This document shows, piece after piece, positions 19,527-33,110 of a stretch of 64,000 nt of DNA. Made by a program: the position numbers and the translations under genes. The stretch is from Oikopleura dioica (lineage: Eukaryota; Animalia; Chordata): assembly GCA_907165135.1 (NCBI GenBank), contig OU015567.1, forward strand, positions 14,136,001 through 14,200,000, written 5' to 3'. Within the stretch, counting starts at the first letter, position 1. Each line of letters opens with the position of its first letter. Below the pieces are notes generated by a model. It was not told where the DNA came from and did not search any database. It saw nothing but the letters and a program-made list of their open reading frames with translations.

Positions 19527-21572
19527 ATGATTACGAAGAGTTTTTTGGAGAGTTTGACCGGAAAACAAATCGCTAATATTGAGGTAAAGTTTCGATCAAT
19601 TAACAGTAGTTTAAAGTCTATTTTACGGGGAGAAACTGTATCTGAGACAATTTGAGACTTAGAAAATTGATTTCAGAACTTGAACTTGTCAAACAAAAAT
19701 CTGAGCGACGCGGATTTTGAAGATGGAAAAGACGCTCTCTCGGAATTGGTGGCCCTTGATACTCTCGATGTAAGTGGCAATCGGCTGAAGAAGTTTCCCG
19801 ACTTGACTTTCTCCGACTGCCGCGTGCTCAACATCAGCCACAATTGCCTCGAAGCCTTTCCCCTGGACGCGGAAATGTCTTGGACGCTGGAAGAAATCGA
19901 CACACGAGGAAACCCAGCGCTGGACATCAATGAACGGTTCAAAATCCGCGAGTTAGTTCCAAAGTTGAAATTGCTCGACGGAGAGACGGTTCCAGAAAAC
20001 GACGTGTTTTTCACGATCAAGAAAACTTTGACGAGGGACTTGACAAAACTCGCGGCGGAGAAGTTTAAGGATGAACTCGCGGAGGAAATTGGACAGGAGA
20101 AGTTTTTGAAGAGAGCGAGGAGAACACCGGCGGGGCCGAAAAGGTAGAATCTCAGATTCCGAATCATTCAGTAAACTTTTTTAGTTTGAGAGATTTCCGA
20201 ACTTGGCTGGCAGAGCGAATCGCCACCGACATCATCAACTCCGACGCTCCAGTAAAATCAGCAGAGGAAGAAGTTTCCACCGAAAATGATTTTTACAAGA
20301 ACTTGAAAAAGAAACGCGGTATGCTTGGCGTTCCAACAACGAACACACCTACGGGCAAGTGGACTCCCTTGAGCGCCCTCCAGTGCCACTCCCAGCATCC
20401 AAAAAAGACCGATGTTGCCCTCTGGGCGGTGGAATTTGAGCCTGATGTCATCAAGAACAATGAAACAACTCATATCTTTGCATCCTGCGGTGGTGATGCT
20501 CTTTGCTTCACGAATGCAAAAACGGGGAGAGTTCAAAGCAAATTCATCGAACCAGAAGAGAGTTTATTCTGTTGCTCTTGGTCAGTAGATCCTCAAAATC
20601 CACTGCTACAAATGGAGACGATGATCGCTGTTGGAGGAAAGTTCGGAATGGTTTACATTATGAAGCCGCATACAGGCCACTGCATTCACCGAATCAAGGC
20701 GATCAGAGGACTGGGAGTTATCAATTCCGTGAAATTTGCGTTTCCAAAGCACCCAGAGCTGCTGTTCATCGCTCCCGCCTTGAACGACCCGTCTAAAAAC
20801 GTCATTTCTGCGTGGCGCGTGAACACCAACTCCAAAAGCTGCCAGAAGCTGATGGAATTGCACGGATTAGAATCCTCCTCGCCGGTCAAGATGTGTCTGC
20901 CGAATTTGAACAGCGGCCTGAGCGCGTTATTCCTCTCGACGGATCACGGTGTTCGAGTTTGGGACATTCGGGGAGCGGAAAAGGCGCAGAAAGAAAAGCG
21001 AGAAGTCGCGGCGAAATTCTACCACCCAAATTTACCGGATACTGTCATTGTCGACTCAATCGAGCAGTTGGATAAAAATCACATGATAACGAAAGTGGCC
21101 GATTCAGGAGTCATCTTCATCTGGACGCTAGAAGGCGTGGAGAGCGAAATTGAAGGAGCTACTGGAGAAGAATACCACCTCGAACCAGTGAAAGTTCTCA
21201 ACTGGTCAAATACGGACAAAGTCTACTTGAATTGCTTCGCGTGCAAGGGAAAGATTTACGCAGGCGATGAAGATGGACAAATTTGGAAATACGAGGTTCG
21301 TTAGCATTCTTATTTCTTTCTTCAGTATATATGTTCAGCCGGACTTATCTCACGATAGTCCAGAATTCCAAGAGCCAAAAGAAGTCATTCCCTGGCCGAT
21401 TGTCAAACGAACCACTACTGGTACTCCTCCAATCATCCCACTCCCCGATAATTCATTTTTAGAACAAGTGCCGCTAGAAGCAACCATCATCAACGACCTT
21501 GCCACTCCTGCCTCTGGAAGATACCTGGTTGCAGCTACCAACAACAACATTGTCCTAACGCTAAAGGGCTAG
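19527..21572 (+). CDS. LRWD1: Leucine-rich repeat and WD40 protein 1 (ORCA)
   Basis: N-terminal LRRs (LDTLDVSGNRL, LEEIDTRGNP) plus WD40 region with LWAVEFEP, FASCGG, IAVGG matching LRWD1; 4 exons (introns ~19584-19676, ~20144-20185, ~21296-21338). Confidence 0.85.
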
Positions 21573-23160
21573 TTTTAATAGAAAAATACATCAACAACGA
21601 ACAAGTGCCTTTTTTCCTGACAAAAACCCCGCCATGACATCCTCAAGCCCAATTTTGACAAAGACCTGCCGAAGAATCATTTACTTTCCTGTCTATTTTA
21701 TTCATCGATTCAAGCCCCTTATTATTGCACTTAACAAAATCCGCTTTCAATAAAGTATTGAAACCCTAAATCTCCATTTTACCGGTGGAAGTAGCGCGTA
21801 TTCTCCAGAAAAAAAGACTGGGCTCCGCCTCTTTACAATCAAACAGCTTCCTGTCGACCGGTAGTAAAGCGATACATGTTGTTTGAAATTACCGCACTCA
21901 ACGTTACAAAAAAGGAAAATAGTTATTGAAATTTACGTCGCTTCTTCGAACGACCCATAAATCCAAGGAGAAGATCAGGAGGATAATTCCGCGCGCGGAG
22001 GACACTGCCAAATAAATTCACTTCTGGCAAAATTTATTTACAAGGAGCAACTTTAGCTATAAGTAAAGGAAATTGGTCTTTTGATCTTTCGGATTTACGA
22101 GGAGCGTTTTGCAAAGAGTAGCAAGGTCGTAAAACACTTTTTTCAAAAAACAACGCTTTCGACAGTTTATTTTTTTTTTCAGAGTTTACTTGCAATTTAG
22201 AGTCAGTAAGCGTCAAAAAACGTGAGTTATTCTGAATCAAAAATGAAGGTGAAACACTATCCTTACTGTTCTGAGCGCGGGAGAATAAACTTAACCGTGC
22301 AGAAGCCGCTTTTGTGCTTAAATGTTTTTGCATGGGCTCTTTCGCCGTAACGATGAATTAGAGAGAATGAGTCTAGGCGCCGCGACCAGAAGTTCTCTTC
22401 AAGTTAGGGTTCCGAATTGGGCTTTTTAGTCTGCTCAAACCATAAACCTTACAAAGGAAATTTACCAAATGGTCAGCTCGGGCAACAATCAGCCAGGTTT
22501 AGATTCGATTCCATTCAATTCACGTTTCAAACATATGTTCCAAAAACATCGCTTTTTCAGCATAAAACAAGGATTACATGATAAACAAACAACAACAATA
22601 TAACATCTATCCAAACAATCACTATCTATGTAACTTGATGTTCAGTCTCTTTCCAAAATCGATGGCAACAGCAGCAGCAAACTCCGTCGGGCCAATTGAA
22701 CTGCCTCTCTCAGCCGCGGATCAAAAATTTATAGCTTAGAAAGAAGAAATTCCAAACGACCGTAATTACCACCTAGCCCAAGAAGTACTGCTCCCGTTAC
22801 GCTCCAAGGTCAAACCGGCGGTTAACTCATGCTCTGATGAGAATTTAATCTCCGCTCTCAGAAGAAAATAAGAAGCTTCTCGGAAAATTGAGTACTCAAT
22901 TTTTCTTCCCTTCCCTGGTTTTAGAATCGAGTTTCGCTTGTTTACGTTGAGCGATTAAGTTTTTTCAATGCAGCTAGAAGAACGGCTAAAAACTTGATGG
23001 AGGAGCGTAATTACGGTCTCCTGCTAAAGAGATATGCGTGAAATTATAGCGCACGAGTTACACTGTCAAAATACGTTGAAAGAGATACATATCGCTTCTC
23101 AAAGCGACTTCTAAGGGGGTACTACCCCGTTTTATCGAATAAGTACCTAATTCAAGACCA

Positions 23161-23400
23161 AACCTCAGCAACCTGTAACCAAACCTGAGTTAGGCTCAGA
23201 AAGAGAAAAAATGAAAAGCCGCTATGCGGCTTTTTTTAGAAACGAAGCCGCAAAGCGGCTTCGCCAAAAATTCAAATCATATTGAAACAGTAAGTTTACG
23301 AAGCCGCATCGCGGCTTCCCTTTATTTAAGCCGCTACGCGGCTTTTTATTTTTGCTGTATCTGAACCTGACTCAGAGTATACAAAGGTAGCCGAGCCTAG
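23161..23400. mobile_element. MITE family 1, degenerate copy (internal AAGCCGC-nn-GCGGCTT palindromes)
   Basis: Shares termini (gcaacctg / ccgagcctag) and palindromic units with 23777-24020. Confidence 0.7.
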
Positions 23401-23776
23401 TCCAAGACTCCTTCGTTCTCAAAATTTCAATGTAAAGTAGGTCATTTTAAACATGTTCTAAAATTAATCAGTACGTATTGGCAACACCAAAAGCCGATGT
23501 AAAAGACGCGAAATTTTGTCAAATGCGACTCATTGCAGGTGTCCCTTTTTTGATCCACGCGAAAAGACATTCCTACGATACCAGAAGCAAAAGCTGAAAA
23601 TATCGAAAATGGAACTCGAGAAAAGGGAGATGAAGTAAGACGCGGGAAATACATTAGATAATCTGGTGTTTCAGGGTCCGAAAGAATTACATGAATACTT
23701 CACTGAGAAATGCGTTGATGGCAAATGCGAACACTCCAGATTTTTTCACTGGAAGGAATGGCTTACACAAATCCTA

Positions 23777-24020
23777 CTGGGCTCGGCAACCTGAGTTTAA
23801 AACCTGAATCAGGATATAAAAATCGAAAATGAAAAGCCGCGTAGCGGCTTTTTTAAAAACGAAGCCGCGAAGCGGCTTCGCAATATTACTCTTCAATCTT
23901 ATTATGAACTTCTGGCGAAGCTGCTTCGCGGCTTTGATTTTAAAAAAGCCGCTACGCGGCTTTTCATTTGATATCTTGTTAACCCCGACTCAGGTTTTTT
24001 ACTCAGGTTGCCGAGCCCAG
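23777..24020. mobile_element. MITE family 1, full-length copy
   Basis: TIR ctgggctcggcaacctgagt / actcaggttgccgagcccag; flanking direct repeat TCCTA (23772-23776, 24021-24025). Confidence 0.85.
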
Positions 24021-25307
24021 TCCTAGAATCAGCTATTGTCTTTCAATGCTCTTTTTTTATAAAAATATGCCTATAATAAGATGTATTTCTCACAATGCAA
24101 ACCTATTACGATCGCGTTAGTGATAGGTAAGCCCAAAATCAAAAACCGTGTCGGCTTACGCACGTGGCCCTCCAAATCCAGATGCGATTTGAATTGCCCT
24201 AGCTGCTTGTTTAGTCGAGCTAAATCGATTTTGATTTTGGAAAAAAAAATATTTTTTTATTTTTCTTCTTAGCGAAACTGACGGTCTTGTTCCTCTTCAT
24301 TTTGATGATTGTTGTAATTGGTTGCACGTCGATTGAATGGACAGAAGATCCGAATTTAGGGACTCGTCCGATGACCTCGTGGAAGAATATCAGCGACAAA
24401 TGTTTCTGAAAATCAATAAATTTGAATACTGAATTTTTACTTTCTCGCTATCATGGTTAAGAGACATGCGACTTTTAACTTGTTCCAGATTCGGGCAGAT
24501 TTCATCTGGCAGGAACATAAAACCTGGTTGTAATGCGAATTGATTATTGAGCAGCTTTTTTATGAGGTTGACTAAAATTGACGGGAATAAGCAGAGTAAT
24601 ACTCTGATTGAATTTTGAATGATTGCTGATGTAAGCTTCAATTCTCTGGGAAAAATGGTTCGTTTATTGACATCTGGAAGGCCATCTGTACTAGAAAGAC
24701 GGTCATCTGATTCTTATCGGCAAGAAGCAGGGTATAAATACAAAAAACGCACTATGGCATCACTAGAACAATCAAAAAATGAATCTTGACGAAATTCTGT
24801 ACCGTTATCCGTGAAAATTCAAAAATATAATTTTTTCGCATAAAATGATTCGTTATTTACTTGAATTCCTATACTGGTTTCGGTGTCAATTTTATAAGAT
24901 CTTAAAAATAAAACTGACTAGCCAAAAATGGTTCGTTCAAGGACATGTGAGATAACATCTGAAAGGCCATCTGTTGCAAAAATTGGAATGATTCTTATCG
25001 ACAATGCGCAGGCTACAAAATCGATGTGAAATATAGATGACCTGATTCTTATCGGTAAAGAACAGGGTATAAATACGAAAAATAGCAATATCGCATCACT
25101 TGAAAATTTTAGTCAAAAAATGAATCTTTAGAAAATTCTCTCCCGTTATCACTATGAAGCCTATTTTTGCTTTTAAAAAATATTAAATAATTCTGTATAA
25201 AATGATTCCTTGCTATTTCTGAATTCTTAACCATTATCGCTCGAAATTTTCAGTAACAAAAAATAATTACAAAATATCACTGACTGTCCAATAAACTTAA
25301 CCAAAAT

Positions 25308-25850
25308 CAGTGTTTGAAAAAATGGTGAGCGCGAGCCACGAGCGAGCGCGAGCGAGTGAGCGAGCGCTCATGCTCACTCACTCACTCAAATTTTGAAAAC
25401 CTCTGCTCGCGCTCGCTCACTCACCATAAAATTTCAAGGTTCCTGCTTGCGCTCAGTCGCGCTCGCTCACAGTTATTTTTGTGAACTCACTATCAAGACA
25501 AAGTCATTTAATATTCATGAGATCTATCTTGATATTGTCTTTTTATTTCGTTAGAATACTCATTATCAACTTATGATAGGTTTAAGTCCTTCAAACTAAA
25601 AAGCATTAGAATTTTTAAGGAAAAAACTCAATCAAAACGTTGCTGAAAAGCTGCGAGTGAGCGCAAGCGAGCGAGCGAGCGCTCATACTCGCTCACTCAT
25701 AGAAAAATCCCGGTATCTGCGCTCGCACTCGCTCGCTCACGAAAAGAATCAAAAGGGTCCGCTCGCGCGTGCTCACTCATGTTTAAATTCTGGGGGCCTC
25801 CGCTCGCGCTCACTCGCTCGCGAGAGTTTTGACCATTATTTCAAACACTG
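25308..25850. mobile_element. hAT-type MITE with (GAGC/GCTC)-rich subterminal repeats
   Basis: TIR cagtgtttgaaa.aatggt; perfect 8-bp TSD ACCAAAAT on both sides. Confidence 0.9.
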
Positions 25851-26819
25851 ACCAAAATAACCTTGCACGAGTTATCATAGCCTACTAATTCGACCTCTGA
25901 ACTTAGCGCTAGAAACAAAGAAAGAATCGCTATCTAAATGAGATCCTGAACGTTGCTCGGCGATTGCTACGTTGTCTTTTATCGATCGTTTCTTCCTGTC
26001 GGACAAAAATGAATAGTAGATGGTGGGTTTCGGAAAAAATGCTAATGCGTTTCGTCTTCACGTATAAATTCGGGCGACAGAACCCGTCCGGCAATTGATA
26101 GAATCATGACATTCCATTTTCGAAGGTATTGCTTTTGTCAGAGGTAAGCATTAACCAACAGGAGTTAGAATTAAAGACAGTGAGAATTTATTAATTGACA
26201 CTTTTTTTCGAAATACCATTTTTAGACTCCAAAAGCCTAAAAAACTTGATTGTCGAAAATGTCAATTTTGATTGGTCAGAGTCTAAATTCAACAACTTTG
26301 ATTGGCTTGAGAGAATTTTCTGGCATTTTGATAGGCTAAATCAGCAATGAAAATGATCTTCTTCAATTGATCTTTTTCGACCACGTGATTTTTTATCATC
26401 AGTATTTTTGGTGATCAATTTTCCGTTCACCCAAACTCAAACGCCAGCTTATCACCTATCTCTTCATTTCCTGCCGAGAGATTGCTGCTTCTGGTGATAA
26501 GATCACTTTTCTGAGATTGCTAGAAATTCTGATTTTTGGATTGCTCTCTCACTCTTGGTTCGAGAGGGTCCTCAGCCGACGTCGTCCGTTCGAGGGTTCT
26601 CTCCCCGTTTTTGCCTATTCAGGTGCTGCTATCACCGGACTCGGGCAATGGTAGCCAAGCTGGACCACGACGCACACCACCATCACCACCACGGAATCCA
26701 TGTTTCTGAGGAGACCAAGCGGCGTTTCCATCTTCCAAACTGGCTCTTTTCGTCTTCTCCCGTCCCAGTATGGGCTCATACAGAATCTCTCTATTATTAA
26801 TAACGTACTTTATGTTGAA

Positions 26820-26960
26820 TGAAAAGCCGCGTAGCGGCTTTTTTTATTTTAGGATTTTTTTTATATTTGGTTTCAAAAAGAAAGCCGCTACGCGGCTTTT
26901 CATAAAATGACTAAATTTAAAAACTTTTCCTTGACCCTGATAGAGATTTCCGAGCCCAGG
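26820..26960. mobile_element. MITE family 1, 5'-truncated copy
   Basis: aaagccgcgtagcggcttt and aaagccgctacgcggcttt units; ends in ccgagcccagg. Confidence 0.65.
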
Positions 26961-27309
26961 TAACAGTAAGGAACAAGAAACGAAGACGTAACAAAAATCT
27001 GGAATGCAGAGTTCTCAAATAAAGAAATTGCAGAATTCAAATGCCGTAAAAACTCTTCAGTGTTTAAATATTTGTTGAATCAAGCTAGATTATTGTAACC
27101 TTTGTTATTTAAATTTATAGAGATTAAACTCGAGCTGTGGCGTTTGTTGGAGAATTTAGATTTGAGAAATTTTGCGCAACGTTTCGAATTTTCAATTTTG
27201 AAAATGAGATTTTGAGCTTCGAGTTTTATTAGCGTTGTTTCGTGAATTTTTGACCTGTTTAGGGGAAAAGAAGAAAAAGGAACAGAAACGACGTTTGGTG
27301 GTAAACAAG

Positions 27310-27728
27310 TGTCCGTAGATTAAAATAGGTGATGGTCTAAACTTTGAAGTTCTTACGTGCGATAAGAACTTTGTGTGGCCTAAACTTTGATTCTTCCCAT
27401 GTGTGATTCTATGAGAAAGTGGCCTAATCTTTGATTCTTTCCATGTGTGAAAGTGGTCTAAACTTTGAATTTCTCCTGAGGCGCTCTGACTAGTTCCATG
27501 TGTCATCACCTTGTATGAGAACCGTAAACCTAATTGGTCTGCTTAAAGCGTAGTGGCCTTAGCAGGCAGTGCTCTAGTCACCGATGGCAGAAGCGCCTCC
27601 GGGGAAATTCAAAGTTTAGGCCACTTTCTCAAAGAGTCACACATGGGAACGATCAAAGTTTAGGCCACCCGAAGTTCTTATCGCACATACGAACTTTAAA
27701 GTTTAGACCACCACCTATTTTATCCGGA
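27310..27728. mobile_element. MITE/foldback with ~160-bp imperfect inverted arms built from gg(c/t)ctaaacttt subrepeats
   Basis: 27322-27485 is the reverse complement of 27590-27722 with internal subrepeats. Confidence 0.75.
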
Positions 27729-30189
27729 CAAGGGGGCAAGAGCTGATCTTACAACGAGCTACAATCGTATTTCGAAGAATTTTCGGGTGCAGCTCATGAT
27801 ATAACTCACGTTTTGAATTGCCAGTGCTAGAATAGAATGGATGAATTTCACATGAAAAGCTTCAAATAGCTCTGCGGAAAGATTTGAGTTTCGTTAGAAG
27901 TTCAACCACGTGGCAAGCTATTTGATAAGGAGATCAACTTCGATTCGAGCAATTTCGCGGCTAATTTTTCACTGGAAGAAATTTCTAGCTGAGATGTGCT
28001 GAGATCAGGAAATAAAACTGTTTGTCGTCTCTTTAAAAAAAACGTGTGCTGCATGTTCTTATCCTGTAACAACTATTTATTTAAAAGATCGACTGTCAAA
28101 TAGATCACAAGTGTCGGGGCAGATTGCATCAGAGACAAAGATTTACTTCCGGATTTCAAGATCGAGCGCTTTTCTGGCTAGTACTGGGATTTGAGGTTTT
28201 ATTCGCAGGTACACATAATAAATCTTCAATAGGTTTTACGATTTAGCTTATATTTATGACTTGTGAAGTAAAATGAGATTGTCAAAGAGTTTCAGAATGG
28301 GGAGAAAAAATGAAAATTTCAGGGTATGAAAAGTCGTTTTTTTGCAGTTTTTTCACTTTGAGGGTGTTTCTTGGGCGCTAAAAGGAGTTTCTAACCAGCG
28401 CGATTTTTTTCAAAAATTTTCATTTTTGGTCAGGGAAAAATTTTTTGGGACCGGAAGTACCTACCTTGCGGAGCTCCTCCTGGCCAACTCCCCTTAGATT
28501 TTTTTGTTCTCTCTTTTGCACGTGATTGCTTGGGGCCTGAGTGAGTCCGCAAGGTATAGAAACCCGAGCCAAAACAAACGCCTACGCATTCCAGAGCCAT
28601 AACCTGTTATCACTATATTGGCATATCTGGGGTCATTTTTCCTACGTTTTCGGCCTAAATGAACGGTTTTATACTTGTTTTATCTTTAACAATTCAAAAC
28701 ATGAATAAAATGATCGACCGACCAAGCGGTTGACCGCGGTTAACCGCGGTTCAGCCCTTTAAATTCTTCAAAACACTACAATATGTATATTTTTCGACAG
28801 GAAATTTTAAATGCAACATTTTTGCAAGTTTTGATGATTAACAAAGTGGTGGAGAATTTATTCATATAGGAAAGGGGCTTCTAAATGACCTATAAAAGCT
28901 TATTCAATTCAGAGAAATCAAGGAAAGGACACCTTGTACTATCCGGCCTCGCATTCAGCGACCAAAAAAAGCACTGTCCAAATCGATGAGATCATTATTA
29001 GACGAACAGAGACCGAACTGACATGCTTCCGCCTTCTTTCTGACATCAGAGACGGGATCTAAAAGACCATTCAGAAGGGAAAGCTTCTTTTGAATATAAA
29101 TATGGCGAGCGTCAGCAACTACGGTCCTTTAGAAGAGTACTGGTCAAAACACCTCCAATACTGGAAATTTTATTACCCCAAGTATCAAGTAAGTCGACTT
29201 CAAAATAAATAGCACTAATAATTTTATTAGAATTTTGCGAAACAAGTGTCTTTTGGCCCTGCGAAAATTCATAGGTGGCGAGAAACAATAAGTATTCTCT
29301 TGGAAAGTTCAAATGGTCTTAGATCGAGTATGAGCTGTTCTTTCGGTTTCATTTCACCTGATTGGATTCGATCGTTTCAATCTAATTGAATCTGGCCAGC
29401 TTATTATCAAAAGGAGTGCCCCGGTTGCGCTCATTCTCAGAGAATCAAATCAGAGATGCTGAGCAATTTTCTAAGCTTGCTCGCAATCCCTTATATTTCT
29501 TACGTTATTTATAAAACTGAGAGGAATACTGATTTCGTCGCATCTGTATTTCGGTTACGTGATTCTGATGAAAAGACTGAAAATGAGCGGCAGTTTATCA
29601 GGTTCTTTCTTTCATTTTAAAAAAATATTGATGTTTATTAGTCATAACACTTACGAAGCTGGATTGGCAAGAGCAAAGCGTGAAAGCGAGCAATTTCCCG
29701 TCGAATCCCCTGAATCGAGACATATTCAAAATCTAAATGGTGAGTTAAAAATACTTGTTTTCGAAAATTTAGACTCCTTCAATTCCCTTCTTGTAATTGA
29801 TGACGAGCAATTGGTTCTTAGCTTTTAAAGCAGAAGGAAAGATTCGAAAATTAACAGAGTATTGTGGTCCCGTGGGAATATCTGCGGGGATCTCTTGCAA
29901 TGGTTCATATGCGAGTCTCGCAAAGTTGAAGACGCGACTCTAAATGGGGGTCCTTAAACACTTAATAAACATGGTCGAATCTATTAACAGGAAGTCACTC
30001 TTACAGTTGACCTTAGTTCTGGTGTGTATGGAAAAGCATTTATAGGCAATACTGAACCACTACCGAAATCAGAATGCGAAGAATACCTCGAACGGTATCT
30101 GAGATCAAACCTGTTCGTAAGTTAAATATCCTCTAATCAATATTTTTATTATTTATGTTAGCACCAAGTAAGAGTTAAAAATTTTCGGT

Positions 30190-30710
30190 AAGTTCGTGAG
30201 GACTAGGTTCGTAAGACTAGGTTCGTGGTGGGTTCTGCCAGATCGGGCTATATTTTAGGGCAGTAAGCGAAATGGGTTGATGACTAGGTTCGTGGGACTG
30301 GGTTCGTAAGTTTTTTAAGGTAAAAATTTTCGGTCAGTAAAGGAAATGGGTTGATGACTAGTCTGGTTGGATTAGGTTCGTGTTAAAGATTTAACAAGAA
30401 AAGGGTTAGGGACTAGGTTCGTGGGTTATTGAACAAGCAAAATGTTGGATTTTATATCCTAAATGAGCCTAGTCTTCACGAACCTAGTCCCACGAACCTA
30501 ATCTCAAGAACCTTGTCGTCACGAACCTAGTCCCACGAACCTAATCATCAACCAATTCTCTTTACTGACCGAAAATCTCTTTCATTTAAAAAGTCACGAA
30601 CCTAGTCCCGCGAACCTAGTCATCAACCAATTTTCTTTACTGACCCAGAATCTCTTCCATTTAAAAAGTGACGAACCTAGTCCCACGAACCTAGTCATCA
30701 ACCCATTGCC
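30190..30710. repeat. Foldback array of ctaggttcgtg / cacgaacctag subrepeats nested in the 6.2-kb element
   Basis: Multiple copies in one orientation at 30190-30425 and in the opposite orientation at 30465-30710. Confidence 0.8.
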
Positions 30711-32175
30711 TGATGAAAAAAATACATATAAAAATCAATGAATAACTCTAAATGAAGCCACAGCTAGGGCTCTTTCTCTACTCCTTAACGATAAAGCTTA
30801 TGCATCTAACATGAAATGAGCCCTTATGTAGCAAATCAAGAATAGCCAAGGATTTTCGCTAAATAAATTTCTATTTTAAATAACAGATAAAAAGCGAAAA
30901 CAAAAGATGGATTTCACGGGGTGAGTAGATTAAGATAGGTGAGTAAACATTATTAGTTTGTGTCACGAGCGGCATGCGATTTAAATGCTCAAGATCTTGC
31001 TTTATCAATCCCAGGAGAGAATCACAAACAATTTAACTTATATTTCTATGAATTTATCCTTAAGTATTCTCAAAAAAGAGTTCATAACTGAACTTAAATT
31101 ACTGGAGCGACGACAAAAATCCAAAAGAATTGAAAAAAACAAATATTTGGATAGACATTTTATCGAAATTCCGGAGGATTACGATAACAAAAGTGACGAA
31201 TCAATTGAAACCAATTTTAATGCGCGAATGGTTCGGATGGTGGTATGGAATGAACAATCAAATCAAATGAAATTCTGCAATCGGCAATGTAAGTGTGAGA
31301 AATGTCTTCAGGTCGAGGTTCAAAAGCGTTATATGCTTATGTAATTATATTGATTAAGGTTTTTTTATAAACCTTTCAAATTTCAAGAAAGATTTCATTC
31401 TTCGATATTTAAAACGGTTCGAAACTATGACGTAATAATGACATTATAAACCGTGCAAAATTTTGAATTCATAAAGGGTGTCTTTGAAGAATGTGAACGA
31501 AATTGGAAGGAAATTCTATACAGGTTCGATGACTTTTATGTATATATATCAGTCTTAAAGCAGTTTTCCACAATTATTCAATAGAAACGTCATTGATCTC
31601 AAGAAAACTAAAAACCCTGTGGTTGAGGACGAACCAATAGAAACAATTCAAGCATCGCATGTAAAAATGCCGCGAATCATAAGCAAAGATTTGCCTCCAT
31701 CTCATGAACCGAAAAGAACTGAGTATAAAAATCAATACGAGCTGAAAATTGGTGATGCTCCTGCTTACAAAACAACGGAATTGGAAAATGAGTATTTAAT
31801 CCAATTTAAAAACGATGATTTGGCAAAAGGTATAACGTACAGGTAAAAAAACACTAGAAAACCTTTTTTTTAGAAATTTTGAATGGATTCAAAGAAAACA
31901 GGCCCGGTATTGAACTTTTTAATTGATTAAGCCCGTCAGTCTGCTCAAGACTCGAAATTTCAAATAACTAAGAGCATTGACAATTTATTAAATTCAATCA
32001 CTGACTCGTCGAACATTGAGTATAAAATTAATTGAAAAAGCAATATCCTCAACAGAACATACTCAATAGTCTTGGGTCATAGATATTGAGCATAATATTC
32101 TCAGATAAGGCAGATTAAAGGCTAAATTAAATATAAAAAATAATTCAAAATTTATAATAATGACCCTTTTTTCAG

Positions 32176-33110
32176 AAATATTAAACGCCTGGTTCTTAGA
32201 TAATGTAGAAATATTAATTGTGGAGTAAAAAAGAGCCTAGAAAAAGAAGCTTCTTACAAATTATCGATTCACGTCCCCAAAAACAGCACTTATTTTCACA
32301 CCGACAGGTAAAATGAAATAGATATATTTCTCTTATCAAATCAAAAGAAACGCAAAATTTACTGCATCTTTTTGATGAAAAACGACTGAATGATTTCCAG
32401 CTCAAGGCAGTTTATTTCCAGCAAAAAGATATAAAATGGAAGAACTATGATAAAATTATATTTGTTTGCTACACAGGAATGCGAAATGATCATTTCGAAT
32501 AAAATTAAGAAAACAAAAAATATGAACAAAAATTCATTTCTCGAAAGACAAAAAGATGGTTCAAGAAAGAAAATTTATAGCTACTCAAGCACGTTCTGCC
32601 GGTCACTTCTTCACCGTGTCTATGGACAAGAAGTCATCAACCATTGGCATCGCAGATCACGTCCAAAGCTACGGCTACTATTCTTATACAAGTTCGTATA
32701 ATAATTAATTGACTTATTCTTAGAAGTCACAAATTTTTACTTATAGAACTCTTTTTTTAAGTGCCCCTTCTCAAAAGACTCTTTTTACATCTTTGGGGAG
32801 TAAATCCTGAGATTGATGCACCATTAATGAAGTTACAAAATGTTGATGATTGCGGGTAAGTGAAAAAAACTTCGCGTTTTTTTTATATTCAAGTCCCCAT
32901 GCGATAACCAACTGCTTAATTTACTTGGAAAAAGAAAGAATTCCGACTTACGATTTTAACAGTGACACGTTACGCTCAATTCGATCAAGACATAGGTGAA
33001 TATCTGAATATCTGAATATCTGAATATCTAAAATACATACTTTTAGATACGATTTTATCAAAGGAACAAAAATTATTCCGAAAATTTCCATTTCCGAAAA
33101 ATATATATAA
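32176..33110 (+). pseudogene. Ulp1/C48-like (SUMO-protease-type) cysteine peptidase gene, spliced, with at least one apparent frameshift
   Basis: Exon translations NAWFLDNVEIL, AGHFFTVSMDKKSSTIGIADH, LQNVDDCG|PHAITNCLIY give the His-Asp-Gln-Cys order of clan CE; frame break near 32215-32225; upstream exons (30-31.9 kb) contain stops. Confidence 0.7.

Noticed and set aside
22400-24640. Scattered exon-like segments on the plus strand (including a TM-like stretch at ~24270-24400)
   Set aside because: Could not be joined into a consistent reading frame or assigned to a family, so not reported as a gene.
26555-26800. ORF with a His6 run
   Set aside because: Short, no domain or splice chain that I could confirm; may be an isolated exon but unsupported.
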